In this document: positions 23,509 through 37,798 of the stretch, piece by piece
Numbering within the stretch: the stretch's first letter is position 1
Layout of the letters: the number at the start of each line of letters is the position of its first letter
Notes under the pieces: model-generated
What the model was told of the DNA's origin: nothing
The model's input: only the letters and a program-made list of their open reading frames with translations
Database searches by the model: none
NCBI GenBank assembly: GCA_000182565.2
Contig: KQ257464.1
Length of the DNA stretch: 64,000 nt
DNA from: Spizellomyces punctatus DAOM BR117
Lineage: Eukaryota
Strand: one strand, 5' to 3'
Translations under genes and position numbers: made by a program

Positions 23509-26500
23509 ATGGCAGATCCTGCGCCCATACAGGATTCCTCCGGCCCCACTCTCACCCCCGAACGTCCGAGTTCAACCCGGGCTGGATCCGCGGTACGACG
23601 CAGTACTAAACTCAAAGACACTCGATCTTCGCGGTCTTCAGTCGCTAGCAGAGTAACTTTGTCCGATACAATTGCAAAGGAATCGAGTTTACCGGATGTA
23701 AGCGATTCACTTCCGCAAGCTGTCGAAGGCCCCACCGATACTTTGAACAGTGACATTACCGCCGAGCCATCCCATGACATCTCCGGCTATGAAGCGGATA
23801 AGACAGCGGAAGACGAAACGAATGAGAATACAGCAGCTGTTCCTGCTGGTCGAGAGAAACTGCTAGCACGCTTCCGAGAGCTGATTAGTGGGTTGAATGG
23901 GTATAGCGACGAGCTATGGACTGAGGAACATAACCAAGCGGCAGAATCGTTTCTTTATGAGTCCCAGAATAGGAAAATATTAGCTTTTATAGATACTGAT
24001 CGCAAGCCGGCAACCCTCTACCTGCAAGCCGCTCTCCCGCCACGAAAGGTGAAAGAGCTCATGTATCTCATCCGGACGCACACGGAAGAAGGTGAACCTG
24101 TAACGGATCATAATTTCAGTCAAAAGGTGCAGCACGGGTTTGTATCTGGGAACACGATGGAGAGCCTCTTGCAATTAATGCAGGGAACGTATGTTCCCAT
24201 GTTTTCCGATAATAAGAGATGGCCGGAAAGCGCCCGAAGGGAGTTCAGCAATCAATTGCACAAATTCATGGCATTCCTCACGGATGCAGCGTATCAAATG
24301 AAGGGACATACTGTCCTTTACGTCCCTAGTGAGAATGTGGCTGATCCCGAACGGTGCGCCAAGATGAAGGATGTCGTTCAGCGTCTTGAGTCACTGGTAG
24401 TACATTGGACGAGACAAATCAAGGAAGTCGTGAACAACCAACATGCATCGGAGACGACCGAGAATTCCGGACCTATCGAGGAAATTCAGTTCTGGCGAAG
24501 CCGCTGCGATGATTTGTCAGGCATTAGCGAGCAGCTGAATAGGGGTGATGTTCAACAGATATTAAAGGTTCTCGAGCTCGCAAAATCATCGTATCTGGAA
24601 CAGTTTGTTCGACTCGCGAATTTGATTCAAGAAGGAACGGCTCAAGCTCAGGAAAACTTGAAATTTCTCTCAACCTTGACCGATCCATGTCAAACTTTGG
24701 CAAATACTGAGCCGAAAAGTATTCCTGCAATCTTGCCTAAGCTTCTTAACTGCATCAGAATAATATGGGAAAATTCCCGGTATTATAACACAAAGGAGCG
24801 CTTGACGAGTCTCCTGCGTAAAGTCAGCAACGAAATCATCCGTCGGTGTTGTGCAAAGATTTCGTTGGAAGACATTTTTCACGGTGATGTTCAGGTTAGT
24901 ATGGTCAGCCTGCAAGATAGTATCAAATGTGGCGAATCGTGGAAAGCTATCTACAAGCGAACCTGCCAGCATATTGCCAAATACTCAAAAGGGAGGTGGG
25001 ACTTCGACGAGAGCAGCATTTTTGCACAGATCGATGCGTTTGTTCAGCGGTGTCGAGACTTGTTGGAGGTCTGTGAAGGACAGATTCAGTTTGCGCGGAA
25101 AATCAATGGTGGTGAAAAGGCTCCCATCCCTTTCTTCGGTGGTTCTCGGGGTCCAGAAATTGGTAAAAGGTATGATAATCGTGAGGTCAAGAACTAGTCT
25201 GACATCTGAAGCTTAAACTCTGATATTGCAGCTTGGAGGACATCGAAGCAGCTTTTGAGAGACACCTGTCGACTTTGTGGAGCATCCGCAAATTTATTCT
25301 CGATGTGAAGGCCACGCGGTGGCATGACGACTATAATAGCTTTAAGCAAGGAGTGAAAGACTTGGAAGTCATGATGCAGAACACTATCACGTCCGCGTTT
25401 GAAGGCGCTACGACAGTGGAGACCAGTGTGGAGCTGCTCGAAATCTTCCATCACCTTGCGAAACGTGAAGCCATCAAACGGACAGTGGAGAAGAAGACCG
25501 CCGATATTTACATGCTCTTCATTCAAGAATTGAATGCTGTCAAATCAGAATTTGAATCCCACCGCAAGAGCCCGGAAATCTTACGATCTCAACCAGATGA
25601 GGCAGGTTCGGCCTATTGGGCGCGCTCATTGCTTCGACGTATCACGTACACGATGAACATATTGCGAAAAGCGTATTATCTTCCGCATACCCTCCTTGCT
25701 GACGAAGCGAAAGGGCAGTACGAGCCGCTCGCAGCGGCTCTCGAAGATTATGTGTCCAGGACGCACGCAGACTGGGTCGCCAGTTTGCAAGCTGATTTTG
25801 GCCAACGACTCGAAGGAGCACTGATGAATCGACGCGGCCAGGGACTATTGGAGATGAAATTTGACAAGGATCTGCTACGCCTGTTTGCCGAGATTACGTA
25901 CTGGCAAAAACTGAAGATGGACATTCCTTTCCATATTCAGGAGATTTACAGTAAACGGGAAGAGCTTCGAGTGCTGCGTGAGAACGTTCTACTTGTCATC
26001 AGAGACTATAATAGTATCATGGAGACCTTATCTCCCGAGGAACACCTGCTTTTCCGTGAGCGAATACGGTTGTTGGACCGTAAAATCAATCCAGGTCTTA
26101 CCAGTCTCACTTGGGCATCTAAAGGCATCACAGATTACTTTGTCAAAGAATGCCGTCGACACTCCCAAGATGTCCAGAAAACTGTCTCGGACTTTATAGA
26201 GTCAAACTTACGGATTAAGCGCAACTGCAAGGTCATCGCAGACTCCCTGCTGTGGTATGTTGAAAGTAAAAAGATATATGAGCTCGACGAGTTTGAGTCA
26301 GCTCAGAATCGGTACAGAAACATCGTCCGGGATAAGCTCATTGCAGTTCATGAGAATATACAAAACACCTTGCAGATGACTTATGAGGTGTTTCGCAATG
26401 ATGGGAAAGATGTCTATGGACACTGGGTTAAGTACATTGAGAAGATTGATGGTATGGTGGAAGAGGCCCTCCGCGCATCAGTAAAGCGGTCTTTACAGGA

Positions 26501-29500
26501 AATCAACAAAGCTATTAACGGGGAGGGAAAGAGTCGAGACGGCGGTGCGGAGGTTCAGCCACTTTTTAAGGTCAAGGTTGTGCTGGAAAATCAACGCGTC
26601 GACTTCAATCCGACGCTAAATCATTTGGAGGAAACGGTGAACAAGGTGGCTCGAGAAATGATATCAACTCTTGAAGTCGTTCCTCGGTTAGGAGAACTCC
26701 TTGCTGCCGACTCAGTTCAAGTAAAGCCGAAGTTCTACGATATCATCGCAAACGAGGACGACATATTAAAGATCTTTGTCAGCATCCAAAATGGAATGTC
26801 TGGCAATGCAACCAAATGCCAGCAATATCTCCGGACGTGGGACACGTACAGAGAAATTTGGGAGATCAACAAAGATGCCTTTATTAGGCGGTATGCGAAG
26901 TTGAAGCCGGCTTTGTCGACTTTCGATGCTGATATTAACCGGTATAACGAGGTCGCCAATAACACCCAGAAGGAAGAAACGCTCACAAACATTAATTTTG
27001 CACGTCTGGATTGCTCCCTCCTCAAGCACTCTCTTGTTAGCCACTGTAGCGCCTGGCAGAACAAGCTTACAACGTTGCTCAACACGAATGCGAGCACAGA
27101 GCTCAACAACTTGCATAAGATGTTTGTAGAAAAGGCTGAGAGACTCCGTTCCCCTCCCAAGAATCTGGACCAACTGGGCGAAAGCTTGAACCTTCTGTCC
27201 CAGCTGCAAACGGCGTTGCCGTCTATTGAAGCGCAATTCGGACCAATTCGAGAGCAATACGAGATCTTGGAAAAATACGAAGTTCAAATCAAAGCGGAGG
27301 AGAAGACTTTGTTGGAAACCCTGCCTGTCAGCTGGGCTAACTTCCAGCAAACAATCACAGACGCCGAAAAATCATTGCAGGAGTCCAAAGCAAAGTTCAA
27401 GGCTGAGCTTCTGTCATCAGTAGAAGATTTCGGAAAATACACATCCTCTATCCGCGACGAATTTACTGCGAAAGGGCCCTTCCATGCCAGCTTTGGTGTT
27501 GAAAAGGCACTAAGAGCGATTAGCGAATACCGTAATACCGTACAAATAGCGGCAAATAACGAGCGCAACCTGAAGAAGGGACTCTCGGTTTTCCAGCTAG
27601 AACAATCACCATCCAAGGACCTTGAAGCAATGCAGACCTCGCTGGAGCTGCTAAGTCAAATTTGGCAGCTTTACCAGGAGTGGAATAATGCCTATGAGGG
27701 CTGGCGAACAAAACCGTTCCTGAGTCTCGATGCAGCGGAGGTTGACGAATCGGTGCAGAATCTCATCAAGCGTCTAAACCGGATGGGTCGCGAGATGAAG
27801 GAATGGGATGTATTCGTGCATCTACGCGATCGTGTTCAACACACAAGGCGAACGTTACCTTTATTGCAAGACTTGAAGAATCCCGCAATGCGCGACCGTC
27901 ATTGGTCGCAGCTCATGGATGAGGTGGCCAAAACATTTGACCCGAGTGGTGCAGATTTCACTTTGGAAAAAATCTTGGATATGGGTCTGGATCAGTATGC
28001 AGAGTCCATCTCAAACTTGTCGGCCGCTGCAACCAAAGAATTATCAATTGAACAAGGTCTGGCATCGATCAAGGACGCTTGGGAACAGCTAGAACTCGAC
28101 ATTGTACCCTACAAGGAAGACAAGGGTTATTTCAAGTTGAGGAGCACAGACGCCGTCTTCGAGTTGCTGGAAGACAACCAAGTCACTTTGTCCTCAATGA
28201 AGGCATCAAAGTTTTTCCTAGCATTCGAAGGCCAGGTGGATCACTGGGAGCGTACGCTTTCCCGTATCATGGAAGTCATTGAGCTTCTTTTGCAAGTACA
28301 GCGACAATGGATGTATCTCGAGAACATATTTGTTGGAACGGAAGACATCCGGAAACAGTTGCCGAAAGAGTCGGCGGTCTTTGACGGCGTGAACAATAGC
28401 TGGAGAACCGTTATGGAACGAATGATGGCCGACAAAAACGTGCTGCGAGCCATGCATCAATCCGGCGTACTTGAGCAGCTAACAGATATGAATGCGAAAC
28501 TGGAGAAGGTCCAAAAATCTCTTGACATGTACCTGGAAACCAAACGGCAGGCATTTCCTCGCTTTTACTTTCTCTCAAACGATGATCTACTTGAAATATT
28601 GGGGCAGGCAAAAGATCCCAATGCCGTTCAGCCACATCTTAAAAAATGCTTTGATGGCATCAATAAATTGGAGCTGATAGTGGCTGGCACTGATACCCGG
28701 AGGCACGCGGAAGCAGTCGGGATGCATGCTGGCGACGGAGAATACGTTCCGTTCAGTACACCCGTCGTCATAGAGGGTAAGAAATGCAATCTGGTCGCTG
28801 CCCTCGTCCTCATCTAAATGTATGATATCATTGCAGGCCCTGTTGAAGGATGGTTAACTGAAATCGAAGCTGCCATGCGGGTAACATTGCGACGGCTGCT
28901 CATGGGCACTCTAATGGCCATGAAGAAGGCAAAAATGGACAAGTGGCTCAAAGACTGGCCCGGACAGCTTTTGATTACTGCAGGTTTGATTGCTTGGACA
29001 ATGGACTGTACCAAAGCTCTGCAAGATATCGAAAAGGGTGACAAGCATTCGATGAGAGATCAGAAAAAGCGGCAAATTATAAGGCTCAAGAAGCTTGCTG
29101 ATCTTGTTAAGCTGCCGCTGAACAAGGTTGAACGCAAGAAGTTGATCGCGTTGATAACAGTGGAGGTACATTCGAGGGATGTGATTGATAAGATGGTCAA
29201 AGCCAACGTTAGCGACGTGAACGCTTTCGACTGGTTAAGTCAATTGCGGTTTTATTGGGAAAAGGAGGCAAAAGACGATGAAGATTGCTTCATTCGGCAG
29301 ATCAACACTCAATTCAGATATGGCTATGAATATCTAGGCAACAGCGGGAGGCTTGTTATAACCCCGTTGACGGACCGGTGTTACATGACGTTAACCACAG
29401 CGCTCCACCTCCACCGTGGAGGAAGCCCTCAAGGGCCAGCCGGAACAGGTAAAACGGAAACAGTGAAAGATCTGGGGAAGGGCCTTGGAAAGTATGTAAT

Positions 29501-32500
29501 TGTTCAAAACTGTTCCGAAGACATGGACTATAAGTCAATTGGCCGAATGTTTTCGGGTCTGGCACAGACGGGAGCGTGGGGCTGCTTCGACGAGTTCAAT
29601 CGCATCAACATTGAGGTGCTCAGTGTCGTTGCGTTGCAAATATCTTGCATCCTCAGTGCAATAGCACGAAATACAAAAGTTTTCGTATTCGAGGGTCAAG
29701 AGATCAGATTGAATGCCGCGTGCGGAATCTTTATCACCATGAACCCTGGCTACGCCGGTCGTACGGAGTTGCCGGACAATCTCAAATCACTTTTCAGACC
29801 CGTTTCGATGATGGTCCCGGATAGCGGCCTCATTGCTGAGATCATGCTGTTTGCCGAAGGATTTTCGAACACTCGGATCCTTTCCAAAAAGGTCGATACT
29901 TTGTATAAGTTATCAATTCAGCAGCTCTCGAAGCAGGATCACTACGATTTTGGCCTTCGTGCCATGACTTCTGCCCTGCGCAGTGCCGGAACACGAAAAC
30001 GGCAGGACATGACAGTTGCAGATGATGTTGTCCTCTATTTATCGATGCGAGATAATAACATACCCAAACTGACCGCATGGGATGTTCCATTGTTCATGGG
30101 CATCCTGTCCGATCTCTTCCCTGGAGTTGAGGCTCCTGCGATGGATTATACCGAGTTTCGAACTGCGCTTATCGAGGAGATGAAGAACAACAATATTCAA
30201 CCTTTAGAAGCAATCATAACCAAAGTTATACAACTTTACGAAACGAAGCTCACGCGTCATGGTGTCATGGTCGTTGGAGAAACAGGATCAGGCAAATCAA
30301 CTGTGTGGAAGCTACTTCAGCAAACCAGCACTAAGTTAGCCAAATCGAATCCGGAGAAATATAACTCGGTCAAAGTCTACGCAATTAACCCCAAAGCTCT
30401 GAGTCTTGGGGAGCTCTACGGGGAGAACAATATTACTGCAAACGAATGGACTGATGGCGTACTCTCCAGTATCATGCGAATAGCGTGTGCGGATGAGAAA
30501 CCTGACCAGAAATGGATCATTTTAGACGGACCTGTTGATACGCTTTGGATCGAATCGATGAATACGCTTCTTGACGATAATAAAGTTCTGACTCTGATCA
30601 ACGGAGAGCGAATTGCTTTGACAGAACAAGTTTCGTTGATATTCGAAGTCGACGACTTATCCACTGCATCACCTGCCACCGTTAGTCGTGCTGGTATGAT
30701 TTACATGGACTACAAGGATTTGGGATGGCGGCCTTTCGTCGACTCTTGGATGCAAGGGCGAGCGCAAAAGCAGTCTATAGAAGCTCTGCGACGACTTATT
30801 GATAAATATGTACCACAGACACTGGAGTTCCGAAGAACGTGTGAAGAACTGGTTCCTGTGCCGGAGATTTGCGCAATTCGCTCATTATGTGCCCTCTTTG
30901 ACGCCGTGGCAACGATGGAGAATGGAGTAGACCCAGAGGACGTTGATTCGTACAACAGAATGATTGAGCTTTGGTTCCTCTTTTCTGTTATTTGGGCTAT
31001 GGGTGGGTCATTGACGGACAACAGCCGAAAGCGGTTCGATATGTTCCTTCGAGAGATCGAGGGGCAATTTCCGAGCAAAGATACAGTTTACGAATACTAT
31101 GTTGACAAGCAAAACAAAGGATGGGCGTCTTGGGAAGATAAGTTGCCAGGAGGATGGCGCTATGCTCCAAATACACCTTTCTATAAGATATTCGTTCCAA
31201 CGATCGACACAATTCGCAACGAATTTATTGTTCGGGCACTCATCAGCAAGAGGAGTCCTGTCCTCATGGTAGGCGAGGTTGGTACTGGGAAGACATCCTT
31301 GATTCATAACGTGATCTTCAATCAAGAGACAAGTAACGTCCTCTTGATAAATTTCTCCGCTCGGACGTCTTCTAATGGATTGCAAAGCATAATCGAAAGC
31401 AAACTGGAGAAGCGCACTAAGCTCACATATGTACCTTGTGGGGGAAAGCACCTGATTACATTCATTGACGACTTCAACATGCCCATGAAGGATACGTTCG
31501 GTTCACAACCCCCGTTGGAGCTCATCCGACAGTGGATGGACTATGGGTTCTTCTACGATCGACAAAAACAGACACCGAAACACGTTAACGACATCTTAAT
31601 GGTCGCAGCCATGGGTCCACCAGGTGGCGGCAGAAATACCATCAGTCCCCGTGTGCAATCAAGATTCAACCTCGTCAATATGACCTTTCCTAGTGAGGTT
31701 TCAATTAAGCGAATTTTCGGTACGATCATCAACCAGAAATTACAAGATTTCGAGGAGGAAGTTAAGCCATTGGGCGATATCATGACACAAGCCACTTTGG
31801 AGATCTATAACACAGTAGTTTCCCAGCTGCTGCCCACGCCAGCAAAATTACACTATCTTTTCAACCTTCGTGACATATCTCGAGTTTTTCAAGGTCTATT
31901 GCGAGCAAATCGCGACTTTTTCGATTCGAGAGAATCCGTTGAAAAGCTCTGGGTCCATGAAGTTTACAGGGTCTTCCATGACCGTTTGGCGGATAGAGAG
32001 GACCGTAACTACTTCCAGAAGCTTGTCGATGACAAGCTAGTGATGCATTTCGGGACCTCTTTGAAGCAATTATCTCCTGACAGACGACCACCTATATTTG
32101 TTGATTTCATGCGGGACCCTGGCACGGAACCAACGTACGAAGAGATACCAGATATGGGCGCACTGAGAAAATTCATGAGCGAGAAGCTACAGGAATACAA
32201 CATGGAACCCGGCTTTGTCCAAGCCGATCTCGTGCTCTTCCGGGATGCTATTGAGCACATATGTCGGATTACCCGTATTCTCCGCCAACCAGCCGGAAAT
32301 GTGCTTCTGATTGGTGTTGGTGGCAGTGGTAGACAAAGTCTTACGAGGCTAGCAGCTTATACGGTAGAGACCATGGTGTTTCAGATCAAGATTTCCAAGC
32401 ATTATCGCCATGTAGACTTCCGTGAAGATCTTAAAAAGGTGTACCGACTGGCTGGTGTTGACGGCAAACCGATTGCCTTCCTCATAACGGATCAACAAAT

Positions 32501-35500
32501 TATATCTGACAGCTTTTTGGAAGATTTAAGTAATGTTTTGAGTAGTGGAGAGGTAATGCTTTCAAAAATGATACTGTCGGGAGTGAACGTGGTCTCATAA
32601 TGGGTGATTCACAGGTGCCTAATTTGTTCACTCCCGAAGAATTGACCGAAATCAAGCAGGCTTTGCAAGCATCGGCCAAGGGAGAGCGCAATATCGATAA
32701 CGCCGATGCTGCGTACAGTTGGTTTATTGAGAGGGTTCGTGCAAATCTGCATGTGGTTTTGTGCATGAGTCCCGTTGGAGACCCTTTCAGAAACCGACTG
32801 CGAATGTTTCCCGCCCTTATTAACTGCACCACGATCGACTGGTTTTCGGAATGGCCTGAGGATGCCCTAATGGAAGTTGCAGCGAAATATCTCGAAAATA
32901 TTGATGTGGGAGGGGAGCCGGCCAAGAAGGCTATATCGCAAGTGTTTGTGTCGGTACATACATCCGTAGTCGAGACCTCTGCAAGGATGATTACTGAGCT
33001 GAAGAGGTATAACTATGTAACTCCAATCAACTACCTGGAATTGGTGACCGGATATCTGGAATTGCTCAAGGAGAAGAGGAAGCAGATCGGAGAAGCCGCG
33101 GCGAAGCTCCGAAATGGTCTAAGCAAATTGGATGATACACGTCAAAATGTTGAAAAGATATCTGTAGAACTGGAGGAAGCCAAAAAGCAGGTGGCTCAGT
33201 ACCAAAAGCAATGCGAGGATTACTTGGTCATCATTGTTCAACAGAAACGAGAAGCGGATGAGCAGGCCAAAAGTGTGGCAGCAAAAGCAGAAAAACTTGG
33301 CGCTGAAGAAGAAGAAGTTCGAGCAGTCGCCGATGCTGCACAAGCCGACCTGGATCAGGCAATTCCAGCATTGAACGCAGCAATGAAAGCCCTTGAGGCT
33401 CTTAACAAAAAGGACTTGAATGAAATTCGGTCTTATGGGAAACCTCCACCGTTAGTTGAAAAGGTTATGGAAGCCGTAATGGTTCTGAAGAAATCTGAGC
33501 CAACTTGGGATGAAGCAAAACGTCAGCTTGGAAATCCGTATTTCATCAAGCAATTGATCAATTTTGATAAAGACAACATATCAGATAAGATCCTCAAGAG
33601 GATCAACCAATATTGCGCAGATGAAAACTTCCAACCTGACGTAGTTGGCCGAGTGTCAGGGGCAGCAAAATCGCTATGTATGTGGGTGCGAGCGATGGAA
33701 AGTTACGGCACGATTTTCAGGCAAGTAGCACCAAAGAGAGAGAAACTGAGACTGGCGCAGGAAACGCTAGAAAAGAAACAGAAGTCATTGCGAGAAGCCA
33801 AAGCAAAGTTGCAAGAGATTCAGGACAAGCTTGTCGAGCTGAAAACGCAATATGATGATAAAGTCGGCCTCAAGGAGAAACTGCGACAAGATTCAGAGTT
33901 GACCGAGCTAAAACTACAACGAGCCGAGCAATTGGTGTCTGGTCTAGCGGGTGAACGGGACAGATGGGAGCGCAGCATCAAAAACTACGAGGAGGCTATG
34001 GGATATCTCCCCGGTGACTGTTTACTAGCCGCCGCATTCCTGTCTTATGCTGGACCTTTTCCAAGTAACTATCGTCAGGCCCTTGTCAATTCAGTGTGGT
34101 TAGCCCAAATCAAGGCGCTAGAAATTCCTTTCACTCCTGCTTTTTCATTTGACACGTTCATTGGCAAACCGACGGATATTCGAGAGTGGACCCTGCAAGG
34201 CCTTCCCAGTGATCCATTCTCGGCAGAGAATGGTATCATTGTGACCAGGGGTCGACGTTGGCCTATAATGATTGATCCGCAAGGACAGGCCAATAAGTGG
34301 ATCAAGAACATGGAAGCGAAGAAGGACCTCAAAATCATTGACCTCAAGCAGTCGGATTTCATGAGAACATTGGAAGCCGCCATCCAATACGGCAAGCCAG
34401 TTATGTTGCAGGGTGTTCTAGAGGTCATTGACCCCGCTTTGGATCCGATCCTCAACAAGTCCGTGATCAAGAAGGGTGGTCAACTTACCATTAAGCTCGG
34501 CGACAAAGAAATAGAGTACAATCCCGACTTCCGCTTCTATATTACCACAAAATTAGCAAATCCTCATTATTCCCCTGAGGTCTTTGCAAAGGCTACCATT
34601 GTGAACTTCGCCGTTAAGGAAAAAGGTCTTGAAGATCAGCTCCTGGGAATCGTGGTTCGTCGTGAGAAACCAGAACTCGAGGAGCAGAAGAACGCATTAG
34701 TTGTGAACGTTGCAGCGGCGAAGAAAAAATTGGCGGATCTTGAGGACGAGATATTACATTTATTGAGCACTGCGCAAGGATCTCTACTAGACGATGAGAA
34801 ACTAGTACTCACCTTGCAGTCATCCAAATCAACTGCCGAGCAAGTCACGCAGCAGCTTGTTATCAGCGAGCAGACTGAAAAGCGGATCGACACTGCTCGA
34901 GAAGGATATCGGCCTTGCGCTCAACGTGCGTCCATCTTATACTTTGTGCTAAACGACCTGGCGACCGTGGACCCAATGTACCAATTTTCACTTGATGCGT
35001 ACACGGATTTATTCGATAAATCGATCAGCAAAAGCAAAAAATCTGAAGAGCTTGCGGAACGGATTGCAAACCTGAATGAGTTCCATACGTACTCGGTGTA
35101 CAAAAACACTTGCCGGGGCTTATTTGAGTCCCACAAATTGCTATTTGCTTTCCAGATGACGGTTAAGATTATGGAGGCAGCCAAGAAGCTCCCCAAGGAA
35201 GAGTATGACTTTTTCTTAAGAGGCGGGCAGGTCCTCGACAGGGACAGGCAATTGCCCAACCCATACTCAGAGTGGTACGTCTCTTGCCTGAGTTCCTTCC
35301 TGCACAGAATAGTCGCTAATACGGGATGCCCCCTAGGATAACGGAGTCTGCGTGGGATAATATAACCGAATTGGATGTCCTACCCGCGTTTTCCGGTCTT
35401 GTCAGCTCACTGGAGCAAAGTGAGCGAGAGTGGAAGGCGTGGTTTATGACCAGTGACCCCGAAGAGACCGCACTGCCAGGCGAATGGGAGAACAAGCTCA

Positions 35501-37632
35501 ACGACCTTCAACGCATGCTAGTAGTGCGATCGTTACGCCCTGATCGGGTGATCTTCTGTGCCAGCAAGTTTGTCATTGCGAACCTCGGCCAGAAATTTGT
35601 AGAGCCCCCCATTTTGGATATTGCAGATATTTTAGCCGACTCCTCACCTCGCATACCCCTCATTTTCGTTCTATCCCCAGGTGTCGATCCGACAAGTTCC
35701 TTAATGTCCCTTGCACAAAAGCGTGGCATGTCTGGGCGCTTCAATTACCTGTCACTTGGACAAGGCCAGGCCCAAAAGGCAACCAAGATGATACAGGATG
35801 GGATCCGCGAAGGTAACTGGGTTTTCCTAGCAAATTGTCATCTGTCGATCAGTTGGATGCCGACATTGGACAAGATCGTTGAGGGTCTTACGTCTGAGCA
35901 TCCTCATCCGGACTTCCGCCTATGGCTCTCAAGTAGTCCGCATCCGCAATTCCCAATTTCGATTCTGCAAAGTGGCATTAAAATGACGACCGAGCCACCG
36001 AAGGGTATACGAGCAAACCTTGCTCGTCTGTACGCAGGTTTCACGGAAGAGAACTTCAACCGATGTACGAAGTTAGATGTTTACAAAAAGCTCCTCTTCT
36101 CGCTTTGCTTCTTCCATAGCGTTCTCATTGAGAGGAAGAAATTCCAGACGCTTGGCTGGAATGTAACTGCGGATTTCAATGACTCTGATTTTGAAATCTG
36201 CGAGAATTTGATGGTAGTACTTCTGGACGAATATCAAGAAACGCCCTGGGACGCACTGAAATATCTTATTGCGGAAGCAAATTACGGTGGCAGGATAACA
36301 GATGATTGGGATCGGCGAGTTTTACGAAGTTACATCAACACGTTGTTTAGCGATGAGGCGATACAAACTCCACAATTTAGAGTTTCATCATTACCGAATT
36401 ATTATATCCCCGAATCGACAGATCTTCCGGGATTCCGCGACTATGTCGCCTCTCTGCCAGCCTTTGATAAGCCTGAAGTTTTTGGTCAACATCCGAACGC
36501 AGATATTGCGAGTCAAATTCGGGAATCCGGAAATATGCTGCAAAGTTTGTTATCCCTTCAACCCCAGGTGACCACTGGTGCTGGAGCTAGTCGTGAAGAC
36601 AAAGTATATGCAATTGCTTCGGATATGTTACGTCGACTACCGGAAGATATTGACTATGATGCGACGTACAAAATGGTGCAACATGATATGTCCCCAACAA
36701 CGGTCGTGCTACTGCAGGAGATCTCGCGATATAACGATCTTTTGATCAAGATACGAAGGTCGCTTACGGACTTACAAAACGGCATCAAGGGTATCGTGGT
36801 CATGTCACCGGAATTGGAGGAAACGTTCAACTGCATTTTTGAAAGCCGAGTGCCGCCACAGTGGGGAAAAGCTTATGGGTCGCTGAAGCCCCTCGCTGCG
36901 TGGACCCGCGACTTGACACTTCGCGTTGAGTTTTTCGCTGACTGGGCGAAAGGGTAGGTATCAGGTACCCATATTTTCATCATCTTTGATCGCTAACCAA
37001 CGTCCTTACGTTTCCTACTTGCATATAGGGTGGAACCTAAGCTCTTCTGGCTTGGTGCTTTCACCTTCCCAACCGGCTTCCTGACGGCGGTTCTGCAGAA
37101 GACGGCGAGACGAAATAACATCGCCATCGATGCACTGTCGTGGGACTTTACTGTTCTTCAGCTTGAAGACGACAGCCATGTTCAGCAACCGCCCAAGGAA
37201 GGGGTTTATATAAAACATTTGTACCTTGAAGGCGCCAGGTAATAGTCGCAGTCAAGATAGCCATTTCTTCCCCTTGCTAATACTAGTTTTGTGGCGTTCC
37301 CGACAGTTGGGACCGCAAAAGCAATTGCCTCACGGAGCCGAAACCAATGGAACTCATAACCCCTATGCCCCCCATTCACTTTAAACCAGTGGACAGTAAG
37401 AAAAAATCTGTCAAGGGCGTGTACAGTTGTCCACTATACTACTATCCAGTTCGGTCCGGGACAAGGTAATTTCAACTTATTAGCCGTGTCTCCTGACCCG
37501 TTTTCTGATCTTTACGCTTCAATCTATAGAGAACGCCCTTCTTTTGTGATTGCTTTGGAACTGAAGACTGGGCAGCATGATCCAGATTTCTTTGTCAAAC
37601 GTGGAACAGCAGCTTTAACTTCGTTGAGCTGA
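23509..37632 (+). CDS. DNAH2: Axonemal inner-arm I1/f dynein heavy chain beta (DNAH2 / 1-beta type), about 8 exons
   Basis: DHC N1/N2 regions, P-loops GPAGTGKT, GETGSGKS, GEVGTGKT, GVGGSGRQS, stalk/MTBD; GGSPQGPAG, RMFSGLAQTGAW and C-terminal KGVYSCPLYYYP..SFVIALELKTG..KRGTA resemble DNAH2. Confidence 0.9.
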
Positions 37633-37798
37633 ACAAATGTAATTATGTATATAGAAAACTAGACTAAAGGGTTTTTCTGCCTTTAATACAAATCGGAGTG
37701 AGTATAAGTTCGCCCAGTTGCGTAAGCTGCTTACATAACGTACATGTAGCGCAGAAAGTCCGTTTGGCTACCAGCTTTTATCTTTTAAGCACTCTACC

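Noticed and set aside
23980-37218. Numerous 60-190 aa antisense or alternative-frame ORFs inside dynein (and similarly inside other genes)
   Set aside because: Shadow ORFs of real coding exons with no recognisable motifs
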